Shown here piece by piece: positions 21,547 through 33,500 of a stretch of 64,000 nt of DNA. Location: the NCBI RefSeq assembly GCF_000981445.1, contig NC_027218.1:1-64000 (forward strand). The letters run 5' to 3'. This stretch comes from Babesia bigemina (lineage: Eukaryota). The stretch's first letter is position 1, and each line of letters opens with the position of its first letter. A program made the translations under genes and the position numbers. The notes below the pieces were generated by a model. The model saw only the letters and a list, made by a program, of their open reading frames with translations. It had not been told where the DNA came from and did not search any database.

Positions 21547-22522
21547 CAACGTGTTAACCTAGCACCCAGGCTAAGTGCTAAGCTAGCAAACAGGCTAGGT
21601 AGTAAGCAAGCAACCAGGCAACGTGGTAAGCTAGCAACCAGGCAAAGTGCTAAGCTGGCACCTAGGCAAAGTGCTAAGCTGGCACCTAGGCAAAGTGCTA
21701 AGCTAGCACACAGGCAAAGTGGTGACCTAGCACCCAGGCAAAGTGTTAACCTAGCAACCAGGCTAAGTGCTAAGCTGGCAACCAGGCAACGTGTTAACCT
21801 AGCACACAGGCAAAGTGCTAACCTAGGAACCAGGCAAAGTGCTAACCTAGCACCCAGGCAAAGTGGTAAGCAAGCAACCAGGCAAAGTGCTAACCTAGCA
21901 CCCAGGCAAAGTGCTAAGCAAGCATCCAGGCAAGGTGCTGAGCTAGCACACAGGCTAAGTGTTGACCTAGCACATAAGCTAAGTGCTAAGCTAGCACACA
22001 GGCAGAGTGATAAGCTGGCAACCAGGCAAAGTGCTAAGCTGGCACGCAGGCAAAGTGCTTAGCTAGCAACCAAACAAAGTGCTAAGCTGGCATCCAGGCA
22101 AAGTGCTAAGCAAGCAACCAGGCAAAGTGCTAAGCAAGCACACAAGCTAAGTGCTAAGGTAGCAACAAGGCAAAGTGCTAAGCTGGCACCCAGGCAAAGT
22201 GTTAAGCAAGCATCCAGGCAAAGTGGTAAGCTGGCAACCAGGCTAAGTGGTAAGCTAGCACTCAGGCAAAGTGCTGAGCTAGTAACCAGGTTAAGTGCTA
22301 AGCTGGCACCCAGGCAACGTGCTAGGCTAGCACCCAGGCAAAGTGCTAAGCTAGCAACCAGGCAAAGTGCTAAGCTGGCAACCAGGCAACGTGTTGACCA
22401 ATGCCATGACCAAAGTGCTAAGCTAGCACTCAGGCAAAGTGGTGACCTAGCACCCAGGCAAAGTGGTAAGCTGGCACCCAGGCAAAGTGCTAACCTAGCA
22501 CTCAGGCAAAGTGCTAAGCTGG
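21547..22522. repeat. 24-bp minisatellite array (CCAGGCAAAGTGCTAAGCTAGCAC type)
   Basis: About 40 units; two 12-mer-type units are embedded near 22388-22420. Confidence 0.96.
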
Positions 22523-23001
22523 CGGATGAACCGTAATTTGGTAGGTGTTGTGGCGTTGAGTTGTGCGTTGACTGTGAGAGGTGTACGCGTTACCCATTGA
22601 GTGAGTGTCACGTGAGGCTGGGTGATTGGTCGCTAACGTAGGCGGCCGTGAGGGCCGCGGCGGGTGACGTAAGCCGTGTGTTGCGAGTCGCTGGCAGGGT
22701 GGCGTAATCCGCGTTGGCCTAGTTAAGTAGCATTTATAGGCGGCAATGTAGCGATCGTTAATATAACATTTAGGCACGTAGCCGACACACTCCGCCAGTA
22801 TGGCGCCGATACCGCGGCTCGTAGCACGGTGCTGCTGCACTGAGGGAGTTGAGCGCACGGGGTTCGCTGCAATTTTGATGGCGTTGCCGATAGTGAATAA
22901 TTTAGAGTGAGAGTTGGTGCTGATCACATGCGTGGCGTCAGGGCAGCTGTGGTATCCCGGGCAGCGTGGGTGTCGGTGGCCTGGGCTGGGGGGACACAGG
23001 G
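22520..23001. other. Conserved ~480-bp block, copy 1 (copy 2 at 47989-48486); candidate promoter/5'UTR plus first exon of the Cys-rich gene
   Basis: Near-identical to copy 2 by eye; ends in an ATG-initiated 74-nt segment followed by GTGAGT. Confidence 0.7.
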
Positions 23002-23176
23002 GTGAGTGCGTTGGTGAGGGGACTGGGAGCGGCAGTGGTACGTGTTGCAGGTGGTGAGTGCGTTGCTAGGTGATTGATAGTTTGCAGGCTGAGGGGACTG
23101 GGAGCGGCAGTGGTAGTGTTGCAGTTGGTGAGTGCTGCTTGAGTGATTGATAGGTTCGCAGGTTGAGGGGACTGGG
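23002..23176 (+). repeat. ~74-bp tandem repeat made of a 34-nt GTGAGT..GCAG intron-like part and a 40-nt exon-like part
   Basis: Intron-like segments at 23054-23087 and 23128-23161. Confidence 0.8.
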
Positions 23177-23184
23177 CGGGGACG

Positions 23185-23652
23185 ATGAGTCGGTGTAAGT
23201 GTGGTATCGATTGTACGTCGCGTGATTGTAGGTGCTGTCGCGTGTCTTGTACAAAATGTCGTGGGTGTATTTTTGTATGTGCGCCGTTCTACTATGAGCG
23301 GCAAAGTACAGATCGATGCCATCCTGAAGGATGTAAAAAGTGTGACAAAAGCAGATGTATGTGTTATTGTCGTAGAACTGCGCGCGATGAAGTCGTCGTG
23401 AACCAGTTTTACGCCTCTCAACGCCTCGCCTCTCCTTCTTCCCATGCCGGCCAATCCCTTGCTTCCTCCGGTTCTTCCTCATCCAGTGCAGAGCCACACT
23501 CCGGTCAACAACGTCACACCAATCCCTCTACTCCCACCAATCCCGCCCCTTACATCATCGTCCCCGTCGCCCTCATCATCCTCGTCGTCTGCGCCATGGT
23601 CTACTTCCGCATCCGGCCGTTCCACAGGGTGCGGTATCTACTGCGCAGCTAA
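23185..23652 (+). CDS. Small Cys-rich membrane protein (Cys/Lys-rich head, Ser/Pro linker, TM tail type A PYIIVPVALIILVVCAMVYF)
   Basis: 155-aa ORF with CxC/CC/CxxC clusters and a C-terminal hydrophobic helix; paralogous context at 48956. Confidence 0.65.
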   Translation: MSRCKCGIDCTSRDCRCCRVSCTKCRGCIFVCAPFYYERQSTDRCHPEGCKKCDKSRCMCYCRRTARDEVVVNQFYASQRLASPSSHAGQSLASSGSSSSSAEPHSGQQRHTNPSTPTNPAPYIIVPVALIILVVCAMVYFRIRPFHRVRYLLRS

Positions 23653-23738
23653 TGACAACAACCTAACTGGCAACGGAAATCTAATGTGCTAGACAGTAGT
23701 GATCTAGTTGATGGCAAGTCACATGAGCAGTGAAGTGA

Positions 23739-23897
23739 CCATCCCCTCCTCCCTCCTCCACCATCGCCGCCGTCATCGTTGCCCTCATCGTCGTCATCAT
23801 CCTGCTCGACCTGTGCATCTTCCGCTTTCCGGTGGGCCGCAACATCCGCGATTTCCTCGTACGCAAGATACCCTTCTGCATCGCGTTTTACAGCTGA
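23739..23897 (+). pseudogene. Orphan TM-tail module type B (PSPPPSSTIAAVIVALIVVIILLDLCIFRFPVGRNIRDFLVRKIPFCIAFYS*), no ATG
   Basis: Manual translation; near-identical to the C-terminus of ORF 48956-49519; in-frame TGA immediately upstream. Confidence 0.75.
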
Positions 23898-24004
23898 TCT
23901 CAGTAATTTGTCAGCGCAAACATCGTAATAAAATCCCACTGATCACCTAACTGGCAACTACACCTAATGTGCTAGACAGTAATGATTGCATTGATGATCA
24001 ATCA

Positions 24005-24150
24005 CCTGACCAACGTGCTGACCAATGCCATGACCAACGTGGTGACCTAAGTGTTGACCAAGGTGCTGACCAATGTGTTGACCAAGGTGCTGACCAATGT
24101 GCTAACCAACGTGCTGACCAAGGTGGTGACCAAAGTGGTGACCAAGTTGA
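24005..24150. repeat. 12-bp minisatellite
   Basis: tgaccaa.gtg. units. Confidence 0.9.
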
Positions 24151-24270
24151 TGGTCACGGCAGCGACGACATGGTTACGGCAGCGATGACATGGTCACGGC
24201 AGCGATGACATGGTTACGGCAGCGATGTCATGGTTACGGCAGCGATGTCATGGTTACGGCAGCGATGACA
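24151..24270. repeat. 20-bp minisatellite
   Basis: About 6 units. Confidence 0.92.
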
Positions 24271-24308
24271 GTGGTGACCAAGCAGATGACCTATGTGATG
24301 ATTATCAT

Positions 24309-24843
24309 CCACTCTACATCGCTCCTTTATCCACTCCACATCGCCTCTTTACCCACTCTACACCGCCCCTTTATCCACCTTACATCGCTCCTTAACCAAC
24401 TCTACATCGCTCCCTAACCCACTCTACATCGCCCCTTATCCACTCCACATCGCCCCTTTACCCACTCTACATCGCTCCCTAACCCACTCCACATCGCTCC
24501 CTAACTCACTCTACATCGCCCCTTTATCCACTCTACATCGCCCCTTTACCCACTCTACATCGCCCCTTATCCACTCTACATCGCTCCCTAACCCACTCTA
24601 CATCGCCCCTTTACCCACTCTACATCGCCCCTTATCCACTCTACATCGCTCCCTAACCCACTCTACATCGCCCCTTTAGCCACTCTACATCGCTCCTTTA
24701 TCCACTCTACATCGCTCCTTTATCCACTCTACATCGCTCCTTATCCACTCTACATCGCTCCCTAATCCACTCTACATCGCTCCCTAACCCACTCCACATC
24801 GCTCCCTAATCCACTCTACATCGCCCCTTTACCCACTCTACAT
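24309..24843. repeat. 22-bp minisatellite array
   Basis: About 24 units upstream of cassette 4. Confidence 0.98.
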
Positions 24844-24872
24844 CCTTCAAATCACTTCGCCATAATACCGCT

Positions 24873-27800
24873 ATGACCTCTATAAATCATTCTAATAACT
24901 TGTGCCTTGTCACCCTTCTCTTCCTTCCTTCCACTTCCTGCCACTGCCCTGACCATGTGCCGCCTAGGGAGCTTGACAAGAAATTTGGCAAAATTTTGAA
25001 CCCTAAAAATACCTCAAATAACAACCCTACTAACATCCTTACTAACCTCTGCACTGGCCTCGAAACATTCCTCGGCTTTAACTCTGCTACCAAAGGCTAC
25101 GACGGCAACGGTATTGTGTACTCTGACCTAGATAGGCTGTGTGACGGGGTGATGGGATTTTTGCTTAAAATAATTAGTGCAGTAAATGACGATGAAAACT
25201 TACAAAAATACAATGATAATTTGCCTGACATACTTGAAAAAAATTCAACAAGCAAAATATAATAGAAAAACGCATTTTGATAAGAATATTCGCCTGGTCG
25301 CTCAAGGCATAACGGCTTGGGTGAGGCTGGTGGAAAGGAAACATGAAACTGTTACGAGACCTTTAAACCAACTAAGAGCAAGAATTAATGGGCACATGTT
25401 CGTTAATCTGCATGATAAACCAATCACTGACCAGTTGTCCAATTGGCAGGGATTCGCCGGTGACTACCTTGGTGATGTACAAAATACAGAGAAAGCTTTG
25501 AATAACATTGATGACTATCTTGGAACAATGATATCGCCTAAAATTGAAGCTATAAGACAGTTTGTATTGAATTTTTGGATGTCAGTTAGTAATGATGGCG
25601 TGGCAACTTCTGTTAAGTCACTTCACAATAAGTTCCACCATCAGCGTATTGAGGTGAGTACGCATATTTCAACCCAAATACAGGAGGTCCAGAAAGCTTT
25701 AAATGAGAATTTCGTTAATATTCAAGGTCGAATTACGCGTCTGAGACAGGAAAATGAAAAACATATTCAGATAATTAGGGAGGCTGTTGCAGAGGCTAAG
25801 AAATTGGCGGACGCTCTGGTTGTCGAGAGGGGTATTTATGATGAGATTTATAAGACAAAAATTGCGGACAAATTCACTGCAATTAGAGACAACATTAAGA
25901 AGTTTGCTGAAGATAACAATCCTAAATCGCAGCTGTGGACTCACTTCGAGACAGTTCAGAATAAGGTCCGCGAACTGGAGTCTGAATTGCAAGGAGATCT
26001 GCACAGATTGCATGGGGACGTTGAAGGCCTATACGATCTAGTTGATGAAAGCATTGGAAATAGTCTAACTAAAAATCCATTGCAAGAGCTCGAAGAGGCG
26101 ATGGCAAATCTGAGTAGTGGGATTATTGAGCCAATTACACAGACGTCACAGAGTGTAAAGGATCAGTATGATACAGAATTAAAGAACACATTTGATAATC
26201 TTAAGCATGGCTTCACATCATTCAAAAAGGTCATTTATGGTGAAAAAGGAAATTACGCAAATCCCGACCCAGATTCATTTGGTAAACATATCACCGATTT
26301 GACCGCCGCAATCTGCGGCAGTGCCCGTGGCGTAGAAGATGGGCTTGATGGCCTTGTTAGCGCCTTCAAGGACCACGCCAAAAAGCAAATAAAAATAGCT
26401 ACCAAGACTGCGATAAGAACTGCACTTGAGCAATTCAAGATGGACGACGATGGTACTAATATCAAGGTCGCGGATATGATGATGACGTTTGAGATATGTA
26501 GAAAAGAACTTGACGGAGCAGTCACAAAAGTACAACGCGAACTGACGTTGTTGAAAAATGTACCTGCTTTTGTCTCAGAGATGAGCGGAAAAGCCGACGC
26601 CGAAATGGAGATTTTGAGAGCTGAGATTAAGAGCATCAAACAGGCAATTTACGCCATTGACAAACCGATAAAAGATGCGGAAGAAGCTTTTAAATTCGCC
26701 TGTCTATCGCTCGAAGGGTCTCTCAATAGCGCTAAAAGCGCTTCAGATGTCATCCTACCGTTGCTTACAAACGGCCTACAACAAAGGGTCAGTCATGCAT
26801 TGGATGACCTCGAAAATGCCGTCCAAAAAAAATACAACGCGCAAAAGAAAGCTGAGCTACATGCTCTACAGACGTCTTTGTCAGATCAGATTACCAGTAT
26901 TGGCAGTATTATTGACACCGACATGGACACTGGTCTGAAAGGTATGATGGGCAAGTTGAAAGACACCTTTGACGAACATCCCCTAAGCAGTGACAACACC
27001 AAATTAAACCCATACGCAACAAAAACAAGAACCTTTTATGACAAGTTTCTGACGTCCCTCCAATCCCAGCCCGACCTCTCCCCCGACCGTCTCACCCCCC
27101 TCACCCAGGCCCTCTACGCCCTCCTGTCCACAATGAACACCCAACGCCACTTCGACGCCACCGTCTCCCGCAAGCTCGCCGACCTCCAAACGCAGCTCGA
27201 CACCCTCGCCCCCTCTGGTTTCGCCGAGGCCTCCCCGCTGCTCAACGTCGTCAAGCGCGGCGTCCAGGCGTTCCACGGGGAGCTCGCGAAGCAGTACGTC
27301 AGCAGGTACTCGGGGCAAAATTATGCTGGTCAGTTGGTGAAGGAGAAAACATCGCCTGATACTAAAGCACCTAAATTGCTTGCAAATCCTGCTGACAACA
27401 CCGAAATAACCGAGTACGGGAGGAAGTGCGCGAAGGTGTTCCTCACCTCCCTGGCGACGCTGAGTAATGACTTTAAGCATCTGAGTGATTCTTGTAAAGA
27501 ATCGCGATTTAATCAAATACACACGTCGTACAATAAATATAATAATAAGCTTGGCGATTTATTCAGTAGTTGCGGGTACCAGGTTTCTATGTACCGTGAT
27601 TCGCATGAGGGCGAGTTGCGGAATAAGCCAGACTTTACGGGCACAGATATTCATGCGATCATCCACAAAAAAATTTTCAACGTTTCCTCAATTGACCTTT
27701 TGAAACAGTGGATGACTAAAAAGAACAAAGCAAGCAGCGTAGCTTCTATTGATGCAGATAACATGAGTCTCCTCGACATACTTCAGTTCCTCTATGACTG

Positions 27801-29646
27801 CCTTGAAAACTACTACTGCGTTTCCCACCTGCGCCACATCGAGAGGCCTAAATCGCCGTCGTCTGTTTACCAAATGCTTTGTTGGTTGACTGGACTTCCG
27901 CACAATCGCGTGTTTCCAACTGTATCAGTCAGCGACATTGGTGACCTGTTTGAGAAGCCGGATGAGGCATCCGGTGACAGCAACCCAGACGGCCCACTTG
28001 TTCTACAGACAGATCCTGACACTTTGCCAGCTTACCCAGAAAAGATCGCAGCCTCAACGCTGACATCCATTATTCATAAGGTTTGTGTCGACGCTGAAGA
28101 CGTGCTGATTGGAATACTCGGCCATGGCCACGCGGACGGCATTTATGCCGTCGACTTCAACACAAACCCCGACGGTTTCGCCTATCCAACCGCCCCCGGT
28201 GCTTGCTTCGATATGCTGTGCGACGTGCTGAATCGGCTTTACCTGCAACTTTTCTTCCTATACGGGCAGTGCAGCAACGAGGAGCCCTCAGTCAGTTGGC
28301 GTGACTGTTGGTACGGAAACCAAGTAGGCGGGTCAGCATGGAACTGCAATGCTATGCAATGTCCTAACCAAAAGGGCAACCAAATACACAAGCAAAGGTG
28401 TAACCAAAAGTGTGACCAAACAGCTCAGTGCGGTATAAAATCGCCGCTTCAGTCCTTTTTAGAGGATGGTCTCCCCGGCTTTTTACCACACTCCTTCACT
28501 AAGCCCGGTTGTAAGCTGACATGTACGCTCTCCAACCATAGAGGTATCCCTTGTAGAACGCCAATGGGCTTCAACGACATCAGTGTCACTGCTTCTCACA
28601 GGCAGAGGGGAGAGTATCTCAAGAAAGCTCTTGAGGGCTTTTGTGGTAGTGATTCCGCTCCACTAACTAAGCTTTGCGCTCAGCTGACGTGCCTTTTGCA
28701 GAAACCTCCGCAGACGCTGGGAGACATCTTTGCGTTTTACTATGGTTACCTCGGAGGATGGGCAGCTGATTTCTATGGAAACTTCGGAAAATCGAATCCG
28801 CATACACAAGCCGCATTTGGGGAAGCGGTCAACGATGCGTACTTCGGAGAACAATATGATGATCTCAATCCGATCACGTTGGTTAGCAGCAGTAAGCACA
28901 GCGCGGAACATTCGAAAGGTAATTTATGCAGCGTCGCAAATTGCGAGTCTGGCTCAGTTGCGCCATGTGGTCTCTATGTCAAGTCTATGACACAGGACAT
29001 TACTAAGTATTACTCTGCCGAACACAGAGCTAATCACCTGTCGTGGATCGTCTACATCACCGAGACATTCTGCGATCTGCTTAAGAAATTATATGACGAC
29101 TGCTGCAAGAAATGTGGACCCGGTGGTAGTAAATGCCACGTTAAAAGTTGCGTTGGACAATGTACGGTTAAATACACTGATTCAACAGGGAAGCCTGCTA
29201 CTCCATCTGAGAATGCCCATCATACAACAAACTGCAAATCAATCGTCACGTGCCGTGACACTCACCCTACCCTGTACAGATACGGTTTTACCTTCGGACA
29301 TCCATGGGGACTTAATGGCTCTGGTAATAATGAAGGGGCTAAAAGGACGTGCAGAGATTTCTGCGAAGCGTTGAAGAAGATGCTTGGTGAAGAATCCGTC
29401 CTTATTGAACTACGTCACAAAATCGATAAATTCCTCTGGGATATCAGAGAGAAATTCTCATTCACTGTCTTGGCCCTCTGGCTCCTCTCCCTCTTCTACC
29501 TCCTCCACATCATGGTCATCCGCCTAGACCTGCTTCACATCAAATCGCATTTACACTCACCATCATCACACCGTATCGCTGCTCAATCACTACTCGCCGC
29601 AGCACGTGTTAACAAACTGGGGAAAATGTTTTATCTGCAACCATAA
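24873..29646 (+). pseudogene. ves1: ves1-family cassette 4, split by a +1 frameshift in an A7 run (25237-25243); ORFs 24873-25262 and 25186-29646
   Basis: Removing one A gives ...LEKIQQAKYNRK..., collinear with cassette 6 (LEKIKLAQYNRK, A6); SPLQSFLEDGLPGFLPH, TM and tail are intact. Could be a homopolymer sequencing error. Confidence 0.82.
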
Positions 29647-29777
29647 TCGTACTCACGTGTTCACTATCTACACTCACCTAGCATCACCTACTCACCTAAC
29701 TTTTGAATTGTTGTTTAATCTGTTGTATCACTCACTAATCGCTGTATGTGATTGTGTAGTACAAAGTTAATGTGTTG

Positions 29778-29832
29778 GCTAAGGTGCTGACCAACGTGTT
29801 GACCAAGGTGCTGACCAATGCCATGACCAAGT
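29778..29832. repeat. 12-bp minisatellite (short)
   Basis: About 4 units. Confidence 0.8.
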
Positions 29833-29835
29833 TAG

Positions 29836-30520
29836 TGGTTACGGCAGCGATGACATGGTTACGGCAGCGATGACATGGTTACGGCAGCGATGACATGGTC
29901 ACGGCAGCGATGACATGGACACGGCAGCGATGACATGGCTACGTCAGCGATGACATGGTCACGGCAGCGATGACATGGTCACGGCAGCGATGACATGGTT
30001 ACGGCAGCGATGACATGGTCACGGCAGCGATGACATGGTCACGGCAGCGATGACATGGCTACGTCAGCGATGACATGGTCACGGCAGCGATGACATGGTC
30101 ACGGCAGCGATGACATGGTTACGGCAGCGATGACATGGTCACGGCAGCGATGACATGGACACGGCAGCGATGACATGGCTACGTCAGCGATGACATGGTC
30201 ACGGCAGCGATGACATGGTTACGGCAGCGATGACATGGTCACGGCAGCGATGACATGGTCACGGCAGCGATGACATGGTCACGGCAGCGATGTCATGGTC
30301 ACGGCAGCGGTGACATGGTCACGGCAGCGATGACATGGTCACGGCAGCGATGACATGGTCACGGCAGCGATGACATGGCTACGTCAGCGATGACATGGTC
30401 ACGGCAGCGATGACATGGTCACGGCAGCGATGACATGGTTACGGCAGCGATGACAGTTGATGGTCACGGCAGCGATGATATGGTCACGGCAGCGATGACT
30501 TGGTCACGGCGGCGACGACA
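29836..30520. repeat. 20-bp minisatellite, long array
   Basis: About 34 units; the variant GGCTACGTCAGC recurs at 29937, 30057, 30177 and 30377. Confidence 0.98.
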
Positions 30521-30558
30521 GTTGTGACCAAGCAGATGATATGAGTGGTGATTATTAT

Positions 30559-33500
30559 CCACTCTACATCGCTCCTTTATCCACTCCACATCGCCCCTTA
30601 ACCCACTCTACATCGCCCCTTTATCCACTCTACATCGCCCCTTTACCCACTCTACATCGCCCCTTTACCCACTCTACATCGCCCCTTTACCCACTCTACA
30701 TCGCCCCTTAACCCACTCCACATCGCCCCTTTACCCACTCCACATCGCCCCTTTATCCACTCTACATCGCCCCTTATCCACTCTACATCGCTGCCTAATC
30801 CACTCCACATCGCCCCTTAACCCACTCTACATCGCCCCTTAACCCACTCTACATCGCCCCTTTACCCACTCTACATCGCTCCCTAACCCACTCTACATCG
30901 CCCCTTTACCCACTCTACATCGCTCCTTAATCCACTCTACATCGCCCCTTATCCACTCTACATCGCTCCTTAACCCACTCCACATCGCTCCTTTATCCAC
31001 TCTACATCGCCCCTTAACCCACTCTACATCGCTCCTTAACCCACTCTACATCGCTCCTTAACCCACTCTACATCGCTCCTTAACCCACTCTACATCGCCC
31101 CTTTACCCACTCTACATCGCTCCCTTATCCACTCTACATCGCCCCTTAACCCACTCTACATCGCTCCCTAATCCACTCTACATCGCTCCTTTATCCACTC
31201 TACATCGCTCCCTAACCCACTCTACATCGCCCCTTAACCCACTCTACATCGCTCCCTTATCCACTCTACATCGCCCCTCTATCCACTCTACATCGCCCCT
31301 TAACCCACTCCACATCGCTCCCTAATCCACTCTACATCCCTCCCTTATCCACTATACATCGCCCCTTAACTCACTCTACATCGCCCCTTTATCCACTCTA
31401 CATCGCTCCCTTATCCACTATACATCGCCCCTTAACTCACTCTACATCGCCCCTTTATCCACTCTACATCGCTCCTTTATCCACTCCACATCGCCCCTTT
31501 ACCCACTCCACATCGCCCCTTTATCCACCCTACATCGCCCCTTAGTCCACTCTACATCGCCCCTTAACCCACTCCACATCGCCCCTTTACCCACTCTACA
31601 TCGCTCCCTAACCCACTCTACATCGCCCCTTTATCCACTCTACATCGCTCCCTAACCCACTCTACATCGCTCCTTTATCCACTCTACATCGCTCCCTAAC
31701 CCACTCTACATCGCCCCTTAACCCACTCCACATCGCTCCTCTATCCACTCTACATCTCTCCCTAACCCACTCTACATCGCTCCCTAACCCACTCTACATC
31801 GCCCCTTCATCCACTCTACATCGCCCCTTATCCACCTTACATCGCCCCTTTATCCACTCTACATCGCTCCTAACCCACTCTACATCGCTCCCTTAACCCA
31901 CTCTACATCGCCCCTTAACCCACTCTACATCGCCCCTTTACCCACTCTACATCGCCCCTTTATCCACTCTACATCGCCCCTTTATCCACTCTACATCGCC
32001 CCTTTATCCACTCTACATCGCCCCTTTATCCACTCTACATCGCTCCCTAACCCACTCCACATCGCCCCTTAACCACTCTACATCGCTCCCTAATCCACTC
32101 TACATCGCTCCCTTATCCACTCTACATCGCCCCTTTATCCACTCTACATCGCTCCCTAACCCACTCTACATCGCCCCTTAACCCACTCCACATCGCTCCC
32201 TAACCCACTCTACATCGCCCCTTTACCCACTCTACGTCGCTCCCTAACCCACTCTACATCGCCCCTTTATCCACTCTACATCGCCCCTTTATCCACTCCA
32301 CATCGCTCCTTTATCCACTCTACATCGCCCCTTTATCCACTCCACATCGCTCCTTTATCCACTCCACATCGCTCCCTAACCCACTCTACATCGCTCCCTA
32401 ATCTCCTCTACATCGCCCCTTAACCCACTCTACATCGCTCCCTAATCCACTCCACATCGCTCCTTTACCCACTCTTCATCGCTCCCTAACCCACTCTACA
32501 TCGCCCCTTAACCCACTCCACATCGCCCCTTTATCCACTCTACATCGCCCCTTAACGCACTCTACATCGCTCCCTAACCCACTCTACATCGCTCTCTAAC
32601 CCACTCTACATCGCCCCTTAACCCACTCTACATCGCCCCTTAACCCACTCTACATCGCTCCCTAACCCACCTTACATCGCTCTTTAACCCACTCTACATC
32701 GCTCCTTTACCCACTCTACATCGCTCCTTATCCACTCTACATCGCCCCTTAACCCACTCTACATCGCTCCTTAACCCACTCTACATCTCTCCCTAACCCA
32801 CTCTACATCGCTCCCTTACCCACTCTACATCGCTCCCTTACCCACTCTACATCGCCCCTTTACCCACTCTACATCGCCCCTTTACCCACTCTACATCGCC
32901 CCTTTATCCACTCTACATGGCCCCTTAACCCACTCTACATCGCCCCTTAACCCACTCTACATCGCCCCTTAACCCACTCTACATCGCCCCTTTACCCACT
33001 CTACATCGCCCCTTTATCCACTCTACATCGCCCCTTTATCCACTCTACATCGCCCCTTTATCCACTCTACATCGCCCCTTTATCCACTCTACATCGCTCC
33101 CTAACCCACTCCACATCGCCCCTTAACCACTCTACATCGCTCCCTAATCCACTCTACATCGCTCCCTTATCCACTCTACATCGCCCCTTTATCCACTCTA
33201 CATCGCTCCCTAACCCACTCTACATCGCCCCTTAACCACTCTACATCGCTCCCTAATCCACTCTACATCGCCCCTTTATCCACCTTACATCGCCCCTTTA
33301 TCCACTCTACATCGCCCCTTTATCCACTCTACATCGCCCCTTTATCCACTCTACATCGCCCCTTTATCCACTCTACATCGCCCCTTTACCCACTCTACAT
33401 CGCTCCCTAACCCTCTCCACATCGCTCCCTAACGCACTCTACATCGCTCCCTAACCCACTCCACATCGCTCCCTAACCCACTCTACATCGCCCCTTTACC

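Noticed and set aside
22800..22910. ATGGCGCCGA resembling the intact gene's start (ATGGCGCCGAAG) inside the conserved block
   Set aside because: The match is only 10 nt; the frame (MAPIPRLVARCCC..) shows no further similarity and stops after ~36 codons.
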